A stretch of DNA of 46,887 nucleotides from Chiloscyllium plagiosum. Its lineage: Eukaryota. The DNA is taken from positions 6,277,054-6,323,940 of the forward strand of contig NC_057719.1 of assembly GCF_004010195.1 (NCBI RefSeq), written 5' to 3'. The position numbers and the translations under genes were made by a program. The notes below the pieces were generated by a model, which saw only the letters and a list, made by a program, of their open reading frames with translations, was not told where the DNA came from and searched no databases. Below, in pieces: positions 12,116 through 24,619 of this stretch. Each line of letters starts with the position of its first letter. Position 1 is the first letter of the stretch.

Positions 12116-13232
12116 AGCATAAGAACTAGGAGCAGGAGTAGGCCGCCTGGCCCTTTGAGCCTGCTCCACCATTCAATAAGGTCATTGCTGATCTTTCCAT
12201 GGACTCAGCTTCACTTACCCGCCCTCTCACCGTATCCCTTAATTCCTTTATTGTTCAAAAATCTATCTATCTTTGCTTTAACGAGGTAGCCTCAACTGCG
12301 TCACTGGGCAGGGAATTCCACAGATTTACAATCGTTTGGGGGAAGAAGTTCCTCCTCAACTCAGTCCTGAATCTGCTCCCCCTAATTTAGAGGCCACGCT
12401 CTCTAGTTCTAGTTTCACCCTTCCTGCTCCTAACTTATCTATTCCCTTCACGATTTTATGTTTTTGTAAGATTCCTCCCCCCCTCATTCTTCTACAATCC
12501 CAGTCTACTCAGTCTCTCCTCATGAGTCAACCCCCTCAACTCTGGAATCAACCCAGTGAGCCTCCTCTGCACCCCCTGTAGTGCCAGTCCATCCTTTCTC
12601 AAGTAAGGAGACCAAACCTGCATGCAGTACTCCAGGTGGGGCCTCACCAGCACCCTGTACAGCTTTAATGTAACCTCCTGGATAAAAGCAAATTACTGCG
12701 GATGCTGGAATCTGAAACCAAAAGAGAAAATGCTGGAAAATCTCAGCAGGTCTGTCAGCATCTGTTAGACTTGAAATGTCAGCTCTTTTCTCTCCTTACA
12801 GATGCTGCCATACCTGCTGAGATTTTCCAGCATTTTCTCTTTTGGTTTCGATGTAACCTCCTTGTTTTTAAACTCCATCCCTCTAACAATGAAGGACAAT
12901 GTTCCATTTGCCTTCTTAATTACCTGCAAACCAACTTTTTGTGATTCATGCACAAGGTCACCCAGGTCCCTCTGCACAACAGAATGCTCCAATTTCTCAC
13001 CATTTAAATAATAATCCATTTTGTTAGTATTCTCCCCAAAATGGATGACCTCACATTTACCAACATTGTACTCCATCTGCCAGGATTTGCCCACTCACTT
13101 AATCTATCTACATCCCTCTGCAGACTTTGTGTCGTCTGCACACTTTACTCCACCACTCATCTTAGTGTCATCTGCAAACCATGACACAGTACACTTGGTC
13201 CTCAACTTTAAATCATCTATGTCCATTGTAAA
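12116..13232 (-). mobile_element. CR1 LINE fragment nested in an opposite-strand CR1 (12045-12115 and 13235-13815, +)
   Basis: - strand KSWQMEYNVGKCEVIHFG…QRDLG; the flanking + strand pieces are colinear (RKDVLDLEMVQRTFTRTIP → GLSYEE). Confidence 0.8.
12680..12850. mobile_element. Family-B inverted-arm element with 12-bp TSD
   Basis: atgtaacctcct at 12668-12679 and 12851-12862; arms aaaccaaaagagaaaatgctggaaaatctcagcagg / cctgctgagattttccagcattttctcttttggtttc. Confidence 0.78.
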
Positions 13233-14333
13233 CAGTGAAAAAGGGCTTGTCATATGAGGAGTGGTTGGGGATTGTGTGTCTGTACTTAATGGAGTTTAGA
13301 AGAATGAGGGGGATTTTGACTGAAACTTAGACAATGCTGAGAGGCCGGGATAGAGTGGATGTGGGGAAGATGTTTCCACTAGTAGGAGAGACGAGGAACC
13401 AAGACAAAGCCTCAACAAAGAGGTAACCCTTTAGCACGAAGATGAGGAGGAATTCCTTCAGCCAGAGAGTGGTGAATCTGTGGGATTCATTGCCACAGAA
13501 GGCTGTGGAGACCAAATCATTGACTGTATTTAAGACAGAGGTAGGTTCTTGATTAGTAAGGGGATTGAGGGTTACAGGGAGAACTCGGGAATGGGGTTGA
13601 GAAATGTATCAGCAACGATCAAAAGGTGGAGTGGACTTAATGGACTGATTGGGTAGGTAAAAACAATGACTGCAGATGCTGGAAACCAGATTCTGGATCA
13701 GTGGTGCTGGAAGGAACTCGGGAATGGGGTTGAGAAATGTATCAGCAACGATCAAAAGGTGGAGTGGACTTAATGGACTGATTGACCTAATTCTGCTCCT
13801 ATAATCTCTGGTCTTGTGTTTCTCTTACCCATACGTTTCTTGCAAACTCCTGAACCTACCTTTGCCCTGCACATGAAGCAGGTTATGCCCCTATTTGGGT
13901 TTAGTGGAAAATAATCCCAGTTTCGGGATGTGTTATCACAGGATTTTGTCATTGTTGTCCTGCTTTAATCGGACTGTTGCTCCTTTTTCTTTCCCGTTGC
14001 TCCCTGAATGTACAGAATCATTCTGAAGGTTGGCATTCTCTGATGTGGCAGTGCAGCTAGGATTACTGGCAAAGTGGGTGAAATATCTGTCGCCATCTCA
14101 TTGTGGGTGATGAGTGATCCGGCTGGTATATCCAGAGACTTGGCCACCAACTTAACTGAGCTCCACTATCTCAGAACGCAGATCCCAGAACCAAAGCCAG
14201 TACAAACCTGGTCCATGTGTGGTCAAGACTGCACTGCTCCCTTATCTTTTAGCCCTTCAGAGAGATTTTGGTTACACTTCAGAAGCTTCTGAATTTATCA
14301 ATAACCAGGGGGTTTTGTGTGCTTCCTGTGAAG

Positions 14334-14457
14334 GTGGAGTTCTTTGAACCGTTCTGGGACAGTGATGAGCCCCGGTTTGGAGAAGGAGGGGCAAGAGGTT
14401 GGAGAGTTTGGATGCGACAGCAAGAAAGGGGCGGCTGGGTTGTCCTGAATGAGAAAG
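14334..14457 (+). CDS. NRDE2: NRDE2 coding exon (phase 0 to 1)
   Basis: cttcctgtgaag|GTG; VEFFEPFWDSDEPRFGEGGARGWRVWMRQQERGGWVVLNEK; donor g|gtgagt; continues the previous exon in frame (…KAQ|VEFFEPFWDS). Confidence 0.95.
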
Positions 14458-14645
14458 GTGAGTCTCTTCTGATCCCTCTGTGTTCCAGTTAAAACTGGAG
14501 CTTACATTTCACATTGCTGGATACTGCGCTGCTGGATGTGGTACTGCTGTCTGTTTGGTCTTTGACATTGAACTAAGTGAAGTTTTCATAGAACTCACAA
14601 ACTCAGCAACTTGTGCAGTAGAGTTCAGTTTTAATAATGTCCTGA

Positions 14646-14992
14646 ACACGGTGGCTGAGTGGTTAGCACTGCTGCCTCGCAGCGCCAGGGACCTGGGTTC
14701 GATTCCAGCCTCAGGCGACTGTCTGTGTGGAGTTTGCACATTCTCCCCGTGTCTGCGTGGGTTTCCTCCGGGTGCTCCGGTTTCCTCCCACAATCCAAAG
14801 ATGTACAGGTTAGGTGAATTGGCCATGCTAAGTTGCCCATCGTGTTTAGGGATATGTAGATTAGGTGTATTAGTCTGGGTTAATATAGGATAATTGGGTA
14901 GGGGAGTGGAACTGGGTGGGTTACACTTCGGAGGGTCGGTTTGGACTTGTTGGGCCGAATGACCTGCATCCACACGGTAAGGGTTCTATGAT
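14646..14992 (+). mobile_element. HE1-like tRNA-derived V-SINE
   Basis: A box tggctgagtgg, B box ggttcgattcc, V-domain tgtggagtttgcacattctccccgtgtctgcgtgggtttcctccggg, CR1-like tail. Confidence 0.88.
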
Positions 14993-15514
14993 GATGATAC
15001 ACCCAAAAAATGGTGTTGCCATGAGATCCCCTCAAGACCCAGCTGGAACTCGCACCTTTGTTAACCCTGGGAAGGGAGACATCAGTAGAATTACCACCAA
15101 GCTCCTAGCCCTCGTTTCCAATTGTTTTAAATGCATCAAAACATTTCTTACAACACCTTAATAAACTCAACACCAGTATCCTGGCAGGGAGCTTTGCAAG
15201 TGCCACTCAGGAGGGTTTTAACCAGGCTGTCAGGGGATGGGAACCAGAGCAGTAGGTCAGCATGTGAAATAACTGAAGAGCAGTTCGAGACTGAAGCCAG
15301 AAAGGCTAGGAGGAAAAACCGACAGGGAGAGGTTACTGAACACAGCCAGGACTGGCGGTCTGAGGTGTGTTCGTTTTAATATGAGGACCGTGATAGGTAA
15401 GGCAGCTAAACTCAGAGTTTGGATTAATATACAGAGAAACCTCAATTATCCGAATGACACGGATGGCGAGTATTTGGTTCGGATATTCGGACACTCAAAT
15501 GCCGGATAACACAA

Positions 15515-15792
15515 TTTAGATTAGATTAGATTAGATTTCCTACATTATGGAAACATGCCCAACAAGTCCACACCTACCCTCCGAAGAGTAACCCACCCAG
15601 ACTCATTCCCCTACCCTACATTTACCCCTAACTAATGCACCGAGCACTCTGGGCAATTTAGCATGGCCATAGCCAGAGGAAACCCACGCAGACACGGGGA
15701 GAATTTGCAGACTCCACACAGACAGTCGCCTGAGGTGGGAATCGAACTCAGGTCCACGGTGCTGCAAGGCAACAGAACTGACCACTGAGCCA
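15515..15792 (-). mobile_element. HE1-like V-SINE (internally deleted)
   Basis: Reverse-complement A/B boxes at 15738-15792 and (ttaga)n tail at 15515-15540. Confidence 0.82.
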
Positions 15793-17202
15793 AGCATCAG
15801 GACCTTGTGATCTTGCTGGATAATCCAAAATTCCTCTGTATATACAGTGATGTTGTAGCGATTACAGAGACTTGATTGAAAGAGAGGCAAGAGTGGCAGC
15901 TTAATGCTTCAGGAATTAGATGTTTCAGGTGAGATAAAGAGACGGGGGGAGTTATATTACCGATAATCGCAGAATCTCAGAATATCGCAGCTGTACTGAG
16001 TGAGGTCAGGAGCTGAGGTACTCACCTCTGACCTGTTCCTGGAGCCCATGAATTTACACAGCTTCTCCAGTTCAGTTCCTGGGGGTTGCTGGTAGGTGAG
16101 TCAGCCTTGATAATGCTGTTAAATATTGAGCGGCAATGGTTGGATTCTCATGTTTTGAGATGGACATTGCCTGGCTCTTGTGTGTCAGAATTGTTATTTG
16201 CCATTTGTCAGACTAAATCTAATTGGTGTCCGGGTACAAACTGGTTCAGTTGCTGAGGGGCTGTGAGTGGTAGTTATACTCTAATCATTCAAGAAGTGTC
16301 AGTTCAGGCCCCTTATGGAGGGATGGGAGTTGAATCAGTTAATGCTAATCCAAAAATGTCGCCGAAGGTCTTGGGGCAAATCCCAAAAGCATACTGAGAC
16401 ATTCCACGCTGATACAGCACACTCTTTAATTGCTCCGCATGACGAGGGAATGTCAGGGTGTGACATTGGAAATGCTAGGGGCTGCTGGCTCAGCAGGATG
16501 CCACTATTTGTCCAGGATTTCCCAGGATGGGATAGGCCCTTGACTCTCTCGTACTGGCTCTTTAAGAGGAACTATCCAATTAGTCCCATGCCCCAGTTTC
16601 TTCCCCATAGCCCTAAAATTATCTCCTTTTCAAGATTTGTTCAGTTTATTTCCAGATTATTACCGAACTGCTTCACCTTGAGCAGAACATGGAGCTGCAT
16701 TTCAAATGTTTTCTCTCTATCTCTTTTTGGTTCTTTTGCCAGTTACCTTGAATGTCTGCCCTCTGCTCCCCAACCCTTCACTGTATGCATGCTGCAGAGA
16801 TACTGCTGTTCCAAAAGCCTGGAAAGGCAGTGCCTGACGGAGACCAGCTGCAGCTTCTCCTGTTTCTTCCTGTAGCTAAAGACGTACAGCCTTGGAGCCA
16901 TTGCAGTAAATCTCCTGTACACCTTGCCAAGGCTTTGACAACCTTCCTAACCCTTTGAAGCACAGAATTAAACAGAATACTCCAGCTGGGACCTAACAGT
17001 TTTGAATGACTTCCTTTTTGAGCCTGATTTGGAAAGCGCAGGCTGCTGTCAGCCTTTCTGACCTTCTGTAACAGACGATCATCCCCAAGGGTGTCTGAGC
17101 ACTGACCTACCCCCGATATTCATCCTGAGCACCACTCCTTCCAGGTCTCCCCGTTCCTGCCTGCCACTCACCTTTACATTTGTACCTTTTGAATTTGAAT
17201 AG

Positions 17203-17375
17203 GCGACGATGAGGATGAGGAGGAAGATGGGGAGGAGGTCACGGACAAGACACTGCCCAAGTGGCAGCTTTGGTTACATGTGGAGAGCAGCCGTGACTCC
17301 AAGCACTGTTTGCCATGGCGAGCTGATAAGGCGAAGGGTCAGACTGAAGAAGACTGTGAGGATCCTGACAGACAG
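17203..17375 (+). CDS. NRDE2: NRDE2 coding exon (phase 1 to 0)
   Basis: tttgaatag|GC; (G)DDEDEEEDGEEVTDKTLPKWQLWLHVESSRDSKHCLPWRADKAKGQTEEDCEDPDRQ; donor cag|gtgagc. Not in the ORF track; translated by hand. Confidence 0.94.
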
Positions 17376-18164
17376 GTGAGCTAAGTATTGGCCCCCACCC
17401 CCCTCGAACGCTAATCATTGGATGAGGAAGGTAAGCCATTTGATCCACTGAGTTTGTGCAATTCGTCCTTTGGTGCTCATGTCTTGGAGAGAGAGCTGCT
17501 GATAGTTCCCAGAAGGCAATGCTTTGACGTTTCTTCCCATTTGAAAATTCCTCCCCCAGTCTCATCCACATCTGTTCCTATTTCCTCATCTTCCACCCCC
17601 CCCCACCCCCCCCCGCAGAAATATCAACCCATCCCAAACCATGCTGCCTGGATCTGTTCTCGCACCAAGTCCCGTTCACTCACCACCATTGGACTTTCTG
17701 TCCTGGACTGGCTCCCAGTCTGGCAGCGGCCAGGGTTTTAAATCTCTTTACAAATCTGCCAGGGCCGAGGGGCCCCTCTGCATCTTTGATCTTAGTCATT
17801 AGATTCCAGATTGAAAGACCAGAATGTACAAAGCTATGGGCCAGGTTCTGGGAAATGGGACTGGAATAGATGGATGTTTGATGACCAGCACAGATTCATT
17901 AGGTAGAAGGATCATCCTCCATGCTGTAGGAACTGGCTGTAATCTCCTTCAGCCCCAGAATCTGCTGAAATGTCTATTCCCATCCAATTCCCTTCCCTTT
18001 GCACATAGCTCTGATGTTAGTGTAACCCACTGCTGTTGGCCAAGCCTTCAGTTACTGGTGTTCTCTGTCTCCTCCTTAAAAACCTACCTCTTTGACCTAG
18101 CAGTTGGTCACTGACTCTAATGTCTCATTCTGAAATCCAGTGGAGCCTCCCAAAACTGGTGGGC

Positions 18165-18440
18165 ATAAGTTTAAGGTGGAGAGGGGGCGGGGGGAAGATT
18201 TGAAAGGAACCCGAGGGACAATGTTTCACGCAGAGGGTGGTACGTGTATGGAATGAGCTGCCAGAGGAACTGGTGGAGGCTGGTACAATTACAGCATTTA
18301 AAAGGATGGGTACGTGGACAGGAAAGGTTTAGAGGGATGTGGGCCAAACACAGGCAAATGGGATGAGTTCAGTTTGCGATACCTGGTTGGCATGGATGGG
18401 TTGGACTGAAGAGTCTGTTTCTGTGCTGTATGACTATGAT
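18165..18440 (+). mobile_element. CR1 LINE 3' end fragment
   Basis: ttcacgcagagggtggtacgtgtatggaatgagctgccagagg plus 3' UTR, homologous to 1-350. Confidence 0.8.
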
Positions 18441-18619
18441 ACTGATAACCTCCTCAGTTTGGGTTCCACCAGGGCAGGTCCGCTCCTGACCTCACTACAG
18501 CCTTGGTTCAAACATGGACAACAGAGCATGAAATCCAGGGTGGGCGGAGAGAGACAGCCCTGGAATTTAATGCCGCATTTGTCCAAGTGTGGTTTAAAGG
18601 AACCCATTTGTCTTTAGAA

Positions 18620-19580
18620 ATATAAAAGGTAAGAGCGAGGCAAGAGTTGGGTGTTCACCTGCTGGAAGATGATGCTGGAGGAGTAGTAAGGGGGAATAAA
18701 GAAATAGTGGAGGAACTTACCAGAGAGAGCCAGGGGCAGGGTTACGTATCATAACCATTACAAAGGAGACAGCGCTGAGGGAGCTGAAAGGTCTGAGGGT
18801 GAATAAATCACCCAGACCACCTGGATTATACCCCAGAGTTCTGAAGGAGATAGCTGAGGAGATTGTAGAGACTTTGGTGATGATCGTTCAGGAGTCACTG
18901 GATTCAAGAAGGGTCCCAGAGGACTGGAAGATGGCTAATGTCACACCCTGTTTATAAAGGGAGGGAGGTGGAGGATGAGAAACTACAGGCTGGTTAGCCT
19001 GATCTTGGTCATTGGTAAGATTTTAAAGTCTGTTATGAAGGATGAGATTGTGGTGTGCATGGTAAAATAGGGCTGAGTCATCATGGTTTCGTCAAGGGAA
19101 GGTCATGCCTGACAAGTCTGTTAGAATTCATTGAGGAGGTAATGAACAAGTTAGACAAAGGAGAGCCAGTGGACTTGATTTATGTGAATTTCCAGAAGAC
19201 CTTTGACACATTGTTGTACGAGAGGCTACTAAATCCGGTAAAAGCCCATGGTGTTCGAGGCAAGGTGCTGGCATGGAGAGAGGATTGGCTGATTGGCAGA
19301 GAGTAGAGATGAAAGGGCCTTTCTCAGCTGGTGGAGTTCCACAGGGGTCAGTGTTGGGACCACAGCTATTCACATTATATATTAAAGATCTGGGTGAAGG
19401 AACTGAGGGCGTTGTTGCTAAGCTTACAGATGATACAAAGATAGGTGATGGGGCAGATAGTGAGGTGGCTGCGGAAGGACTTGGACAGGTGAGGAGAGTG
19501 GCTAAAGAAGCAGCAGATAGAATACATTATGGGGAAGTGTGAGGTCGTGCACTTGGATAGGAAGAATAGAGACGTCAATC
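18620..19580 (+). mobile_element. Degenerate CR1 LINE RT fragment
   Basis: [40 protein letters not shown]. Confidence 0.85.
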
Positions 19581-20735
19581 ATTGATTTGTGGTTAAAAGT
19601 CTGTCTGGTTTCCTTGTGTTTGTTAGGGAAGGAAACAGTTGTATTTACCTGGTCTGGCCTATAGTAGACCCATAGCAATGTGGCTGATTCCAACTGCTCT
19701 CTGGCCTCAGCAACCATCAGTGTGCAAGGGCAACTCGGGAGGGGTGGCAATGAATACTGGCCTCGCCACAAATTCCCATGGAGATTTTTCTTTTAGATGG
19801 GTCGTGGAATCCCCGAATTGGACATGGATTCAAGGAGAGTTCCCTGACCATTGTTGCAATTATAGAAAAGCAGGAACTTGTAATGTGAGCCCTCCCCCCC
19901 CCCCCCCCATCCCCTCCTTTTGAGAGGACTATGACACTATTTAAAATGTATTCAAAGCATTCGCTTGGAAGGTTATCCAGCAGTCGGGGTGGTCCAGCAG
20001 TAAAGCATCATCCGTTTCCAATCCTTGGCGGGAACATAGGTAAAAGACACACTTTTTCTCTAACATGTCGAGATGCATCCACTGAGTTTCGTATCAAGGA
20101 ACCTTTCAGGATAAAATGAGCACATTAAGTCTCGCACCCAACCAATGCGCCACATCCTTGCCTTCACTGGCGGGATATTTTCCCAGGTGACATCCTCTGT
20201 CGTTTGTAATGTGTTACTTAATGGCTATTTGAATGTATTTCAATTTGAGAAGTAGTTTTGTGTCATCCTGGAACTATGACTCTGTTCTCGCAGTTTGAGA
20301 GTGTCCCCATTTCATCCTGTCAGCGTGTCTCTGACCTGCCCCGCAGACTGCCGTTGAAAATCAGCGAGAGGGCAATCGATAGAGAACACCGAGGAGGCCA
20401 TTCTGCCCCTCGAGCTATTTCCGCCATCCTCTCTTAACATGTTTGTCGTCTTGTCCATTTGCTCGCCTTTGTTCCATAACCGATTGATGTCATTACCTAA
20501 CAAAAGTCTATCGATCCTTACGTCAGAAATTGCAGCTGAGCCCAGCAGGTTTTTGGTGAAGAACATTCTAGATCTGCTCTGTGCTTTGTGTGGTGCTTTA
20601 ATGTTACTGTCTCCTATTCCCATCGAACGCTCTGAATTAATACAGTGCTTCATTTGCACAATAAATTGAACGTGTGGCTCCATCTACTGGCCACATACTG
20701 AACCTGCTTCGGGGTATGGTCGTGCAGTGGTTATG

Positions 20736-20880
20736 ATTAAATTAGATTCCCTAGTGTGGAAACAGGTCCTTCGGCCCAACACGTCTACACCGACCCTCCA
20801 AAGAGTAACCCATTTCCCTCTGACTAATGCACCTAACACTATATGGGCAATTTAGTATGACCAGTTCACCTCACCTGGCT
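20736..20880 (-). mobile_element. HE1-like SINE 3' half inserted in the head of an LF-SINE-like element (20712-21050)
   Basis: attagattccctagtgtggaaacagg… matches the reverse complement of the HE1 tail; the flanks gtgcagtggttatg…ttactggactaat and gggaaagaaacctgctgtcctt belong to the host. Confidence 0.6.
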
Positions 20881-21674
20881 ACATTACTGGACTAATAAGC
20901 CAGTCCCATACTGAGTCAGGTTAAGAATCTGGACTTGTTGATCTTAAAAGGTGACCCTGAGCCATCAGATTGGACGTGAAAGCCCACCCAGACCACTAAT
21001 CTCTCTTAGGGAAAGAAACCTGCTGTCCTTGCCCTACCTAGCCCACAGTCACACACCGGAAGGCTGAACCAAGTCTAACCGGTGGATCGAAAAGAGATGA
21101 AAGGCTCACCATGACCTTCGGGTGTCTCTGGGTTGGGTGGTAATTCCTGACCTGTCTAAAAGGAGCCATGCTCCCCAAAAACACTGTTGCCGGTTTACTA
21201 AACAGGTGAGGAATTTCATCCAGTCAGTTTTCACCTATTTTTACATGACAGACATTAGCCACAAAACGTTGAAATGAGACACAGGAACTGACTGGACAAT
21301 ATGTCCAGGTGACCTGCTTTTAGAGGCCAGTGACTTGCACCATCTCGGCACCTTCCAAACTGCTTCCTGCCCAATAACTAACTTCAGAGGTGACATCAGT
21401 GTTGTAGTACAGGAAACCCAGCAGCCACACTTTCACAGCAACTGTCTCCCATGATGACAAGGTAATGACTGGAGGTTTGCTGAAGGAATAGGCCAGGGCC
21501 CCAGGGAGAATTCCTCTCTTTGTTTTGAGTAATGTCATGTGAGCTTTAAAAATCCAACAACTTTAGCTTTATCTTTGATACAAAAGATGACACTGTTGAC
21601 AGTGCAGCACTTCCTCAGTACCACACTGGAGTGACAGCCAGCATCATGTGCTTGAGTCACTGGATAGGACCGGG

Positions 21675-21960
21675 ACAGTGTGGTGGCTCAGTGGTTAGCA
21701 CTGCTGCCTCACAGCGCCAGGGACCTGGGTTCGATTCCACCCTCAGGCGACTGTGCACACTCCACACAGACATTCTCCAGATGCTCTGTTTTCCCCCCAC
21801 AATCCAAAGACATGCAGGTTAGTTGGATGGGCGATGGGAAATGCAGGATTACAGGGAATAAAGTTGGGGAGGATGGCTCTGGGTGGGATGCTGTTTGGAA
21901 GGTCGGTGCAGACTCGATGGGCTGAATAGCCTGCTTTCTGCACTGTCGGGATTCTACAGT
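21675..21960 (+). mobile_element. HE1-like V-SINE (degenerate)
   Basis: tggctcagtggttagcactgctgcctcacagcgccagggacctgggttcgattcc head. Confidence 0.8.
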
Positions 21961-22338
21961 TCTGTGTTACAGAAGAGGGAGGGAGTGAGGTTTATGTACT
22001 TGCTCTTCGCAGGCTGCATTTCTGTAGCCATCTGCCCAGGAATGTTTGGAGTGGCTGTTACTGTGCTGAGGCCGCCTGAGCCCACCGTTACAGGTTCTGA
22101 TTGCAAACCAGTCAGCAGCCTTTATGTCTGGGCAAAGCTGCTGGGAGCACACCCAGGCAGGGCCACTCTGTCGAGAATTCTGCCTCACTGCCCATCGTAC
22201 ATACATATGTGTTTCAGGAACTGCTTTTTAAAACTACAAATGTTTCCCACAGTTTCCTGGGTTTAAAGCAGTATCTTTTCCCATTTAAAGTCCACAGGAT
22301 TTTATTTTATTCTCTTTTTTTTAAAAAAATCAATACAG

Positions 22339-22725
22339 GTGCTGTTTGATGACATTGGTTCTTCAATGTTCAAAGTATCCAGCCCAGAACTGAGGTTCCA
22401 GCTCATGTCATCGTTTTTCCAGTTGCTGGGAATTCCAACAGGATTCAGCCTGCCTCCGTGCTGCCTGAATGTGGTGCTGGATGATCCTGGAGTGTTTGAC
22501 TGTGGCTCAGCTGATGAGAGACCTCTGTCTTGCTGTCCCCCTCCAGCTGCTGGGGTCAGCACCATCGGCTTCATGCCAGCAATGCCTAATGCCAGGCAGC
22601 CAGTCAGCCACTGCCCAGAAGGGGAGGACTTCATACAAACCGCGTTTCACCAGGCGTTGCCCCTGTTCACTGGGAAGGAGCGGTCAGAGCTCGCCCTGTA
22701 CTGGCTGCAGTATGAAAAATCAAAG
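22339..22725 (+). CDS. NRDE2: NRDE2 coding exon (387 bp, phase 0 to 0)
   Basis: aatacag|GTG; VLFDDIGSSMFKVSSPELRFQL…LYWLQYEKSK; donor aag|gtaaga. Confidence 0.94.
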
Positions 22726-22797
22726 GTAAGAATGCTGGGTGGGCTGGAGATTACACACCACATGCAGCGCAGGAACAGTGGCAGCATTCAGTCTCCA

Positions 22798-22998
22798 TCT
22801 CTCGCCCTCTCTGTGTCTCTCGCCCTCTCGGTGTCTCTCGCCCTCTCGGTGTCTCTCGCCCTCTCGGTGTCTCTCCGCCTCTCGGTGTCTCTCGCCCTCT
22901 CGGTGTCTCTCGCCCTCTCGGTGTCTCTCGCCCTCTCGGTGTCTCTCGCCCTCTCGGTGTCTCTCGCCCTCTCGGTGTCTCTCGCCCTCTCGGTGTCT
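22798..22998. repeat. 18-bp minisatellite (tctctcgccctctcggtg) x~11, followed by a CT-rich tract to ~23150
   Basis: Directly visible near-perfect tandem array in the intron between two NRDE2 exons. Confidence 0.92.
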
Positions 22999-23490
22999 CC
23001 TCTTTCTATCTTTCTCTTTCTCTCTCTCTCTCACTCTCTCACTCTCTCTCTGCCCCTCTCTTTCTTTCTTTCTGTTTGACTCTTTTTTTTCTCTCACTCT
23101 CTCTTTCTCTCAGTTTCTTTCTCTTGTTCTCACTTTCATGCTCACTCTTGCTCATGCTCGCACTCGCGTGCGCTCTCTTGCTTGCACTATCTTGTCATTG
23201 TGTGCGCCATCATTCTTGCTCTCTCGTACTCTCGCCCTCCCTCTGTTTCCTCCATTCCCTCTCCAACTCCTCTGTGCCTTGTGCTCCCCATCCCCACTCT
23301 GCCCATGTCTCCCCAAGCCTGGCTGCATGGACGAATTACAGGAAGGAGCTGTGTTGCCCACGTACGAGTCAGTGTTTGTGTTTTTGAGGAGAGAATGAGG
23401 GCACGGTGTTAGGGGGCACTTGGGATGGGGAAACTGGTATACTATGTGTGAGGGCTAGTTTTTAAAAAATCTCATTCTGGTAACGTGCAG

Positions 23491-24416
23491 GTGGTGAGGA
23501 GCTTGCAGCTCAGGAGAAAGAAGCAGCTGAAATCTCTGGGGAAGAGGAGCAAGAAACTCGCTAAAAACCTTCTGAAAGAGGGTGAAAACCGGAACAATCT
23601 GTCCCTGTGGAGGGAATACGCCCATTTGGAATGGCTGCTGGGGAATGTGGAGGACTCGAGAAGGGTTTTTGACACGGCCATTGCTATGTCTGTCTCTCAG
23701 GGCCTGCAGAGCTCCACCCTGTGTGACCTCTGCTTCCTGTACTCCTCACTGGAGCTGGAGTCAGTGCAGAGTGTCAGCGCGTCAACAACAATGCGGGCGG
23801 TTTATATCCTCACCAGCCTTGCCCTGGGTATCACCTACTCACCTTACGCAGGTGAAGTGCTGCCAGTTAATGTGCTGAAGGCTCGAAAAACATACGAGCG
23901 ATCTTTCCGGGACTCGCCCACCCATGACGCAGCTTTAACCGGCAGCCAGAGGCCTGGCCAGCTCATAAGCCTGATGGGCTGCTTCGCCCTCTTCCAGTAC
24001 CTGACGCTGGGCATCCAGGCTGCCGACTCACTGTACGGGCAGGCAGCTGAAAGGCTTGTAGGCCTCTCCTCGGTGGAAAAGGCCCAGCCCAAGCCGAGCG
24101 TGTGGCGACAGAGTGTGATGTGTGCGTTGGAGAGGCTGACCGTGATGCACGTGAGGCTGCTGGGGTTCCACATGCAGGCCAGCGTGTATCCCCTGGGCCC
24201 TGTCCGCCACACGCTCACACACGCTCTGGGCCAGTATCCTGGCAGCCTCCAGCTCTGGAAGCTCTACACGCAGGTTGAAAGCCGCTCTCACGATGCCAGC
24301 CGAGCGCGAAGGTTCTTCGACGCCACTGCCAGGTCAGCGCAAGACCTCATCGTGCCGCGGCTGTTTGCCATCTACGCAGAAGAGCGGAGAAAGGAGCGTG
24401 TCGACGCTGTGCAGCG
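23491..24416 (+). CDS. NRDE2: NRDE2 large coding exon (926 bp, phase 0 to 2)
   Basis: gtgcag|GTG; VVRSLQLRRKKQLKSLGKRSKKLAKNLLKE…LWREYAHLEWLLGN…RVDAVQR (HAT/TPR-like helical region); donor cg|gtaaga. Confidence 0.94.
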
Positions 24417-24619
24417 GTAAGAGTTACTGTGAGGGGACGTGTCTCACCAGCTGCATGCTGAGGAAGCCCCTGCTCACCCCTGAACCCCTCCACTCCCTCT
24501 GGTTTCTCAGTACCCTCCCTCCGAATCCCACTACCAAACCTGACCCCACTGTCCGCTGTCAGACTGCAGCAGAGCGTTTACAGCCTTGGAGCTGGGTTTG
24601 CCTCAGGATGGTTTCAGTG

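Noticed and set aside
14646..14715. tRNA genes at 14646, 15740, 21680 and 46305
   Set aside because: A/B boxes are followed by the V-SINE body and LINE-like tail; these are SINE heads, not complete cloverleafs.
16315..16990. 186-aa ORF
   Set aside because: Overlaps decayed antisense CR1-like sequence; no domain similarity recognised.
22720..23412. ORFs with (REGERH)n, (LSVSLA)n and (SPSRCL)n repeats
   Set aside because: Translations of the 18-bp intronic minisatellite lying beyond the exon donor at 22725.
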